From NCBI RefSeq assembly GCF_036321535.1, contig NC_087462.1, positions 7,192,001 through 7,256,000 of the forward strand: a stretch of 64,000 nt of DNA, read 5' to 3'. This DNA comes from Camelus dromedarius. Lineage: Eukaryota. Below, piece after piece: positions 30,875-64,000 of the stretch (positions within the stretch are counted from its first letter, which is position 1; every line of letters starts with the position of its first letter). Both the position numbers and the translations under genes were made by a program. The notes beneath the pieces are model-generated. The model worked only from the letters and a program-made list of their open reading frames with translations. It was not told the DNA's origin and ran no database searches.

Positions 30875-31117
30875 ATTGTTGAAGGAAACCTAAGTGTGGG
30901 AGTTCTCCTTGGGGACCAGATGTAGGGGTGGGAATATGCTCCGTCTGCATCTGGACCCAGTTGCTGACTTCTGGAACATAAAGGATGGGCACTGGTTGAT
31001 TGATGTGACTTGCTTTTTAAAGTGTGCAACATATTTGTATGATGCAGAATTAGAAAGGAGTACGTTGAGAAGCTTCCCTCCCATCCTACTCTCAGCACAG
31101 TGGTAGGCTTCCTGGGA

Positions 31118-31459
31118 TGTCTGTCCTTTTGGGGCTGCTGTACCAAAATACCACAGCCTGGCAGTTTGTAAACAACAGCTAGTTACTGCTCAGTTTGGAG
31201 GCTGGAAGTCCAAGATCAGGTTATGAACATGATTGGGGTTTGGTGAGGGTTCTCCTCCAGGTCTCAGACTGCCGACTTGCTGTGTCCTCACATGGTGGAA
31301 GGGGTGGGGAATCTCTGTGGGGTCCCTAATCCCACTCGTGAGAGCCCCACACTCATGACCTAATCACCTCCTTCAGGCCCCACTCGAAACACCATCTTCT
31401 ATGGGGGTAGGATTTCAACATAAGAATTTGGATGGGGACACAAATACTCAGACCATAGC
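31118..31459. mobile_element. MLT1-type (MaLR) solo LTR
   Basis: GGGCTGCTGTACCAAAATACCACAG...GGAGGCTGGAAGTCCAAGATCAGG...TACTCAGACCATAGCA is typical of MLT1A/B. Confidence 0.75.
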
Positions 31460-31479
31460 AGGTACCTTCTAGGTCTTTC

Positions 31480-32030
31480 TGGAGTTATTCTGGCATGTTA
31501 CAAATATATGTATGGATACATCTTAACTGAAGGGTTCTTTTTTTACACAAATGGAAATAGTATCTGTTAGATTGTGCACATCACTCTTTTCACTGGGTGT
31601 ATTTTGGAGATAATTCCAAATAGGTGTCTAAAAACCTTCCTCGTTCCCATGACAGCTACAGATTCCTCCATGGCATGACTGTCCTATAGTTTATTTAATA
31701 CCTCTTAATAGATATTGAGTTGTCCCCCAGCTTGCTGTTAAACGTGTACAGCAGGGAGTGACAGGTTTGCCATCATTTTTCACACTTTAATCTGTAGGAT
31801 AAATTCCCAGAGGTAGGATTGCTGGATTAGAAGGTCTATGTGGTTTGTTATTTGGGGATAGATTTCCAAATTCCCCTCTGTGGAGACTTACACTCAGTGG
31901 CACTCCCACCAGCAATGTAAGTGAGCACTTGTTTCCTTCACAGTCTTGCCGGCACCGGGACAGGTTTATCTCACTCCATGAGAGGTATGGAAGTCAAGTG
32001 GCTCAACAACATCAAAGACATCATTTTTTA
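31480..32030 (-). mobile_element. Degenerate L1M/L1ME fragment
   Basis: GATAAATTCCCAGAGGTAGGATTGCTGGA...CACTCCCACCAGCAATGT. Confidence 0.6.
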
Positions 32031-32434
32031 AATCCATCTTCTATTTTGCCAGTTAAAGTTTTTTTGTTTTTGTTTTTGTTTTTTGCCTCTCATAGTCCCA
32101 AGATGGCTGCCACAGCCCCAGACATCACATCCCAACCTCCAAAGGCCTCATCTCCAGGCAGCCACTCTGTCTCTTCCTGGCTGAAAGTAGGACACATCTA
32201 CATCTGAAGGAATCCCTGGCAAGGGGAATGGAATACCTTGCGTAAAGAGCCAAAAATAGGTACCTGGGAGGGAGGGAGAGACTCCCATCCCCATCCCTTG
32301 ACTCCACCCCCAACTACCTTGACTTGAACGGAGGGATTTTACTGGAAAGGAAGAGGGAATGTCTTTTGGTTTTTTAAATAAATGCTCTGATGGCAGAAGC
32401 CAAGGGCATTGTGGGAGTATTATTCATGGAGCGT

Positions 32435-33005
32435 GTATTAGTCTGCCAAAGCTGTCATAGGAAAGTGTCATAGACTAGGGGACTGAAACAATACAACTTA
32501 ATTTCCTCACAGTTCTGGAAGCTAAAAGTCCAAGATGAAGGCGTCAGAACAGGATTGCTTTCTTTTTTTTTTTCTTTATATTTTTATGGGGGGTGGGTAA
32601 CTAGATTTTTTTTAATTTATTTATTTTAATGGAGTACTGGGGATTGAACCCAGGACGTGCTAAGCATGCGCTCTACCACTGAGCTGTGTGTCCCATCTGT
32701 GTGTCGCCCCCCCCCCCCCCCCCCCGCTGACCCCATTGGTCTCTTCTGAGGCTTCTCTCCTTGGGTTGTAAATAGCCATCTTCCTGTCTTCACATGGTCT
32801 TCTGTTTGTGTGTCTGTGTCCTAATCTCTGTGAGGACTCCAGTCATGTTGGATTAGGACCTGCCCATAGGACCTCATTTTACTTACTCTAAAGGTTTATC
32901 TTTAAATATAGTTACATTCTGAGGTACTGGGGGTTAGAGCTTCAACATGAAATTTCTTTTTTTTTTTTTGGCGGCAGGGGTAGGGGGTACGATTCAGCCC
33001 ATAAC
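32435..33005. mobile_element. MLT1-type solo LTR interrupted by a SINE
   Basis: TGTATTAGT...CTCACAGTTCTGGAAGCTAAAAGTCCAAGATGAAGG...ACATTCTGAGGTACTGGGGGTTAG...TTCAGCCCATAACA. Confidence 0.75.
32560..32695 (-). mobile_element. tRNA-derived SINE (camelid type) inserted in an MLT1 LTR
   Basis: The minus strand reads AGCTCAGTGGTAGAGCGCATGCTTAGCA..TCCTGGGTTCAATCCCCAGTAC (A and B boxes), followed by an AT-rich body and A-tail. Confidence 0.8.
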
Positions 33006-34331
33006 AGAGCACCTCTGCACTGTGTACATGTCCTGTGCTGGACACGGGGAAGCCAGTGCTGACCAGCCAGAAAGGGTCCTAAACCTCCCATTGAGGACCA
33101 GAGGGCCCTTGGAGTGCACATGCGGCGGCCAGCTCTGGCCTGGGGCTTGTAGGGTCTGAGGACCTGAGTGGCCAAGATCTGATGGTTGAGGGCGCAGAAC
33201 AGAAAACAGGAGGGTGAAGGGGGCTCTAGACAGTGGGAAGAGCAAGTTCAGAGACCCCGGGATGAGAAGACCCAGCTGCATGAAGGACCTGGAGCGGAGG
33301 TGATGAGGGCGGGCCTTGGAGAGGATCTCTGACTACCCCATTTTTCCACCTGAAGATATCTATTCACGCCTCAGCCTGTGGTTATCATTGTAGTTGCAAA
33401 ACGTTGCAGAACCTGATTCCATTTGTGATTCTGCCCTTTTCTATGCTATAAATGTGGAGTACCTCAGCCTTGCCTCTTTCCCTCTCAGAATTATTAGAAT
33501 TACAGTTCATCTTGAAATTATAGGCCCTTCTGACTGCTGATAGAATTTGACTTGGTAAGATAAGAAAGAATTGGTAATGTTCCCCTCTTTTCTTGCAGCT
33601 GGTGTAACTGGCGAATACTTCTAACACATGTCTAGGGATCCCTGGCTATTCTGAGTGGTATTCCCAGGCCAGCAGCATCAAGTTCACCAGGGAGTTAGAA
33701 AAGAGGAGCTCGAGTCCCACACCAAACCTGCCAAAGATCCTCAGGGTCTTGTTTAAAATGAGGTTGATAGCAACCTGAAAGTTTCAAGTGGACAGCCTTC
33801 TGGGTTATTCCTCTGATTCCCTCTCATTCACCCCCTCTGCCCATCTTTCAGTTCCTGTCCCAAGGTCCTCACTGGTGCCCCTCACCTCCAGTCTCAGCCC
33901 CGCCCTGCCCTGCCGGCAAGTGGCAGGCAAGGGTGTCAGTCTGATGGGTCTTCCCCTGCTTAAACCTGGGGCTCTCACACCCCTTATCATCAGCTCACAG
34001 CACCTACTCCTGGCATTCAAGGCCTTCTGTGATTTGACTCCAGCTCCCATGCTTTGTTCCAGGCTCACCAAGCAGCTGGGAGTTCCCAGAACCTGAAATT
34101 TTCAGGCCTGCTTGAAGTGCCCTTTGCTGTGGCTTGGTCCTCTGCCTGGAGACCCTTTAAAGGCTTATCTCACTCCTCTTCCTTGAATGCCTGCTTATCC
34201 TCCTTGTCACAATAACAGTGCATATGTGACATCATCAACAACAACAGTGATCATGGATGATGCCTACATTTATTGAGTGTTAATTACATGCCAGGCATTT
34301 TCTGAGCATTTTATTTGACATCCCTCCCATT

Positions 34332-34798
34332 AGGAGGTGGAGTCTAGGACACCTCCCTTTTGAGTAGGAGCTGCCTTTAGTGACGCATATTAGTGAACAG
34401 AAAGCAGAGGTGACATTGTGTGACTTCTAAGGCTAAGTGGTCAAAGGTGAGACAACTTCCACGTGGCTCTCTTTCTTGGCACACTTGCCTTGGGAACCCA
34501 GACACCACGTTATGAGGAAGCCCAAGCCACTGGGATAGGCCACGGGTAGCTATTCTGGCTGACAGCCACAGCTGAGGTTGATGGCAAGAGCCAGTACCAA
34601 CCACCAGATATGTGAATGAGGAAGCCTTCAAGGTGACTCCAGCCCCAGCCACTACCTGCAGTTGCATGAGAGACCTTGAGGGAGAACCACCCAGCTAAGC
34701 CCAGACAAACTCCAGAACCGTGAAAGATAATGATTGTTGTTTTACAAAAAAGCCCCACTAAGCTGGGAGTTGTTACACAGTGATGCATAATCAGAACA
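34332..34798. mobile_element. MLT1D/E-type LTR nested inside a MIR
   Basis: GGAGGTGGAGTCTA...GAGGAAGCCCAAGCCA...CCAGCTAAGCCCAG...GTTACACAG. The flanks 34260-34330 and 34800-34970 read as two halves of a MIR. Confidence 0.65.
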
Positions 34799-36092
34799 AC
34801 TTGCGTTAACTCGTTTAATTCTCCCAACAACCCCATGAGAGGAACGATTATCCCCATTTTACAGATGAAGCTGATGCTCGTAAGTGCTGGGCAACATGCC
34901 CAAAGTTACAGAATGAGTAAATAGAACTGGCATGTGAATCCAGGTAGATGTACTACAGAGTCAGTCATGACCACCGATTTCTGTGGTCAGTGTCTCTAGA
35001 TTCCCTGGTCAGCACTCCTTCCCCTTCTGGTTCCAGCACCTGACTTTCTTTTGGGGGGACACCCCCATCATCGGTCCACATGGTTCAGTTGGAACTCACC
35101 CCACCAGGGGCCTTCAGGTGCAAGCGTAACCCAGATTGGGCCAGTGAGAGCACAGCATCCCCCTTGACTCAGTTACTGGTGCTGGGCTTAGAGGAGGCTG
35201 GGTCGGTGAGAGCCAGCCCTAGGAACTTGGCTGGTTTTATGGAGAAATTAGCCCATTTTAATCACTAGAATCATGGAGTTGCTGGTCTATCTTTGCTACT
35301 GTGAGGAGATCCTCTCCCAGACTAGAGCCAAGGAAAAAATACAGGTAGATTCCTGATATCATTTAAGAACCTAGATACAGCCATTCCTGAAGCTTATTAC
35401 TGTCTTGGCTAAAGGCACTTTGAGTTGAGTTTGTCTCTCGCACCTGAAAATGCCTGTCTGCTACTCTCCCAATGGGATACTTCTTATGCTGTTTCATCTT
35501 CCCTGAGGGCAGGGATCTGTTTTAGTACAGTGCCTGGACAAAGGAGGCATCCATCAATCTTGCTCTATTGAACAGAACTAAAAGGGTTATTGCCCCTGTT
35601 TTCTACGTGAGGAAACAGGCTCTCCTAGGGCCTTTGGACAAGGAGGGGGATTAAGTATAGTGCTTACAACCCAAAAGTTCAGTACTTTGCTTTAGGTCCA
35701 GGAATGGAATTTGGGATAAGGGGAGGAATGAAAGAAGAAGGCATTATGCCAGACACCGTTGGGGCTGCTTAATCAGAGGGGAAGTCTGTAAGGGGTGTCT
35801 GGAGGTCTGTACAAGTTAGGAAGCTTCTTGGTGGGACTGGTGGCACACAGTGGGAGAGCACACCTGCTCCCCTTGTTAGTCCTTTCTGGACCGCTTCTCA
35901 TTTTTGTCACCTGGATATTCCAAGTTGTGACAAATACTCCAGAATATAGGCTATCCATCACTCACATGCTCGTGTGAATCAGTTGCTAACTTTAGGAGCT
36001 GAAGATTAGATGTAAGACAACTATCACTTTCTGGCAACTATCCTTCCCACCTATTTTCCCCAAGAAGTAGCTACATTGCGTGCTCTGACGAC

Positions 36093-36098
36093 TTTATT
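36093..36098 (-). terminator. RTBDN polyadenylation signal AATAAA
   Basis: TTTATT on the + strand, about 220 nt past the RTBDN stop. Confidence 0.8.
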
Positions 36099-36315
36099 AA
36101 GGGCGAGAGGGAAAAAAACGAATTACAATTGGGTTATTTTTCAAATAACCTGGGGAGGGGTGAGTCTCTGGGGCCCCAAGGAGGAAGGATAGGACTCTGG
36201 AAACTAGAAGGCAGGGAGAGAGGAGTGGAACTCTGGGTGCCATGAGCTGGGCGAGGCGAGGGTGGGAGTGGGGTGAAGAGGAGGGGCGCATCTTCCATCC
36301 AAGGCCACGCGCCCC

Positions 36316-38695
<2,380 letters not shown>

Positions 38696-39439
38696 TCAGC
38701 TAGGATACGGGGTGAGCTTCAGCTGTCCCTTTCTGGTAGCTCAGTGTGGCAACTTTCTGATGCACACCCAAGAGACAGTGCCAGGCAGAACAGAGAATGG
38801 GAAGCTGATAAGGAGGCAATAGCCAAGGATTCTCAAATCCCAGGGGGCCACCAAGGCCTGTCTCTGACCCAGGAACACCCCCCACCATCAAACCATATCC
38901 CCTGCATCCCTTCAGGCATAAGTTTCCTCACCCCCGTTTGACCATGGTTCCCCCAAAACACAAAGAAGGATCTCCCACCCTGCTCCATTCTCCGAACTAA
39001 GGGGACCTTCCCAGATATTCCAATCCCCCCCTGTCCAGTAATTCTTCTCTCTCTTCTGTCTAGTCTCCTCCCTCCCTCTTGATCCTCGCTGGCCCCTCTC
39101 ATGGTCACCTTCTCTTGGCCCACAATCGGCTTAGGGACTGCCACCTAGGGCTGGACCTTTGGAGCCAAGCTTAGCTGTGGCAGGATTCGGGTTCTGCCGC
39201 TGGGGTCCAAAGGCCCCAGGGCAGGGGAAAATGGAGGTCTGTGGAAACAAAAGCAGTTCCCTCCCCACCTCTGCCCGCTCTGGCCACCCCTCACCTGTTA
39301 GCGGGACTGGAGTCTAGGGCGCTGCTGAAACACCTCAGGGTCAAATCCAGGAAATAGTGACAGCTGAAAGGGGCGTGGTTTGATGCAGGGGAGGGGTTTC
39401 CCATCGCCCTGCCCTCTGCTCCAGCTGACCTAAGGCCAG

Positions 39440-40570
39440 AGGATCTGGCTGGTGTGTTTATGTATCCTTGTGTTTGCCATTATGTTGAATTTATGACTTG
39501 AAATCTGTATATGTGTGGGGAGTGGATGTGTGTAATTGGATGAGGCTGTGCTTGTGTGTCTGTGTACGTACTGAGTGTGTATGTGTGTTTGTTCTGTGAG
39601 GGTATGCTTATGGGGGTCTTTTGAGGGGTGTGTGTGTTCAAAATCTGGGTAAAGAGGTCTGCACGTGTTCTCAGCCAAGTGTGTCCATTTGAGTAAGAGT
39701 CAGATAACACAGGGGAGGAGGATGTATGATGAGGATGGGTGTCCTGCAAAAGAATTGTGGATAGGTCAGTGGATAAGTGTTGTTGACCATCAATGTTCAC
39801 AATGAGTGGACAGAGAGGTGTTGTCATGTTTGGAGAGGGTGTGTGTCTCCTTCTGAAACGTATATGAATGTGTGTGTCTGTTCCTTTGCAGCTTCTGTGA
39901 ATGTGTGTCTTATGCAAACATTCCCTCAATTCATTTGAGAAACAATTATTGAGCACCTATTGTGTGCAGGTTCTGGGGATGCAGTATAGTGGTTAAGACA
40001 TGGAAATCTCAACCCTCAAAGAATTGACAGTCTAGTGGGAAAGTCCAATAAGAAAAACAGCCCTCCGGTGTGTATGTGTGTCCATGTTTGTATTTTGGAT
40101 GAGAGTTTGTGTGTAGCTGAGCTTCCCTTGGTTTGGGGATGGTGTGTGTGTGCTTGTGTTTGTTGAGTGTTTGTAGTATTATTTGTGTGTGCCTGTATTT
40201 TCTAAGTGTGTTTATATCTGTGTTTTCTAAGTATGTGTTTACATGTGTATTTGCAGAATGTGAGTTTACTAGTATATGTGTTTGTGTGTTTGCTGAATCT
40301 GTGTTTGTATTCTTTATGTGTTTGCAGAGGGCTCTCTGCGTGTGCTAAGTGCATATTTGCAAATGTTTGCATGTGTTTGTATGTGAATTTGCATTTGCTG
40401 AGTATGTATTTGTATGTGTGTGTATTTGTAGAATGTGTGTTTTGTGGAGTATGTGTTTGCCGAGTGTGTGAATAGGTGTATGTGAGTCTGTTTGTTGAGC
40501 ACGTGTTGGTATGATTCTGTTTGTGTGTATGTTTGCAGAGTGTGTATGTGTGCCTGTGCTTGTAGACTGT
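39440..40570. repeat. Degenerate TG-rich block in the RTBDN 5' intron
   Basis: GTGTGT/TTTGC units repeated. Confidence 0.75.
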
Positions 40571-40971
40571 CCATACGTGTTTTAGTGAGCAGTGACCGCT
40601 ACCACAAATCTCTCTCCCTCTCCTCTGGGACTAGTGCAGAGTTTTTGTCTATCTTTTTTACCAACGTATACTCCCAGATGCCAGAACACTGGTTTGCACA
40701 CAGTAGGTGCTCAATACTTGTTGAGTAAACGAATCAGGAGGCATTGTCTCCTGACCCCTCTGCAGGCACCCATTGACGTCCTGGAGGCTTCAACAACCAA
40801 GACCAAGTGGTTCTAGCCTTCCCCCGGTTCATCTTGGGCTAGTCCAGGGTGCTCATGGGTCAGATCTGTCCAGCCTCTGGGCTGTGCCTCATGACAACGC
40901 TTTTCTTCCCCTGATCTACTCTCACCTGACCCTGAGCTCGTATTTTAGCACTACGGTCAGGAGGGCTCGAG

Positions 40972-40992
40972 ATCAGCACCACGGAGAGCTCC
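40972..40992 (+). promoter_or_regulatory. RE1/NRSE (REST binding site)
   Basis: ATCAGCACCACGGAGAGCTCC matches consensus TTCAGCACCACGGACAGCGCC at 18/21 positions. Confidence 0.8.
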
Positions 40993-42375
40993 CACGGCGG
41001 CCGGCTTGAGAAGGGGTGGCCGTGAGCGTGAGAAGGGGAGGCAAGAGCGGCGCCCTGGCCTGGGACAGAGAAGTAAGAGGAACAGACTCGGCAAGGGGCA
41101 ACACGAACATGCCGAGGAAGACAGAAACAGACAGAGATAACTCAGGCAAAGGCGCAGAGATGAGTCGAGAGGCCCCTGGGGAACACCCGGGCTTAGACTT
41201 CACGGTCGGTCCCGTTGGCCGGCAGGGCTCGCTACCGCCCAGTGACCTCACCCTCTATGGCCTTGGGACAGTTATGGGCTGAGGCCCTTGGGAAGGCCCA
41301 CCACACCATGCCCTCCAATGCCTGGATTGGAGTGGGGAGGTCTCCGAAGCTTTCCACTCCAACTCTGGGAAGCATAGTTGGCTTGGCCTCAGAGTAGGAA
41401 CACTGGAGGGGGAGTGGTGAAAATCGCTTTGGCTGCCCCCCTCTCCAACTACCAGCTAATCGTTCCTATAAATACAGCCCAGCCTGGTCTGGCTTATTAA
41501 TCCTGACGATGAGGGAGAGGACCGCTAGGAAGCTAGCAGGGTTCCCTGGGGAGGCTCTGCTTCGGAAGGGGGAGCGATATATACATGTAAATGTTTTTCT
41601 GAAGAGGCATCTCCCGTGAGGTTGAGTCTCCTCAGTGCAAATGTCACTCTGTAAGAACGTATCTCTTGGGATGTGGGGTCTTGTGGGTGGGGACAATTTC
41701 CCATAAAGAATATGGCTTTTATGGGGTCTTTCATTGGGGGTACACTCAATAGGCTCCCCACGTGGAATGTCACACATGGGGATCTTTCTCTGCGGAGTTA
41801 TGTCTTCTTTGGAGGGTAGGCTTTTGACTGGAAGCATCACGTCTCAGAGACTGTTTTAGGAATGATTTTCAGGGTGAGAGGAGAGTTCCTGATTGGAGAG
41901 GGCCTCCCCGTCGAGACTACCTCCCTGTGGGAATGTGTCTCTGAGGGGGTCACTGGAGGGGGTGTGTGTCTGCACAGGGAATATATCTTAGAGAGAATAT
42001 CTCCCCTGGCGTGTTTCTTGGGTTAGGAGTCTACCCAGGATCATGTCTCTCCCCTGGCGTGTCTCTTCTTAAAGGGGTCTCACTGTAGTTTGGCTTCCCT
42101 GGGGGTACCTGGAGGCTCCTTCCCCCGCCTGTCCCCTCCCCCCATCGCGGGCAGCCTTGGCCGAGGCCAAGCTCGGGTGCCCAGACGCAGTGACGGCGCC
42201 GGGTCCGCCCCACTTCGCTCCGCCCCCGCCACCCCCCCTCAGCCGCCGCCGCCGCCGCCGCCGCCGCCGCGGTCCCCGCAGCTTCTCCCTCCCTCCCTCC
42301 TCCCTCCTCCCGCCGCCGCCGCTGCCGCCGCCTCCCACCTCCCTCCCCCGGGCCGAAGGCGCTGCCGCCGCCGCC

Positions 42376-63974
<21,599 letters not shown>

Positions 63975-64000
63975 GTGAGCACTTACGGGTGGAGTCTGTG

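Noticed and set aside
32634-32695. tRNA-like sequences here and at 51025-51097
   Set aside because: They have A-rich tails, degenerate stems and sit within other repeats, so they are tRNA-derived SINEs rather than tRNA genes.

Overview
This is mammalian genomic DNA, gene-dense and GC-rich, syntenic with human 19p13.13. The SINE and L1 types point to a cetartiodactyl, most likely a camelid. Gene order: HOOK2 (minus strand, exons 1-14, running off the left edge), intronless JUNB (+) with its upstream and downstream enhancers, PRDX2 (-), THSD8 (+, a small secreted TSP1-type protein, head-to-head with PRDX2), RNASEH2A (+), RTBDN (-) and MAST1 (+, exons 1-22, running off the right edge). I placed all exon boundaries by hand from GT-AG sites and checked that the phases sum to open frames. 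No CRISPR array, rRNA or true tRNA gene is supported. I found no wholly new multi-gene system. The best leads are transcript-level: a candidate internal MAST1 promoter with a Met-Arg first exon, a distal MAST3-like MAST1 N-terminus, tandem REST sites, possible THSD8-RNASEH2A read-through, a shifted RTBDN splice acceptor and an overlapping uORF on MAST1. Orthologue comparisons are recalled from memory and need checking. Repeat family calls are by eye and their boundaries are approximate.
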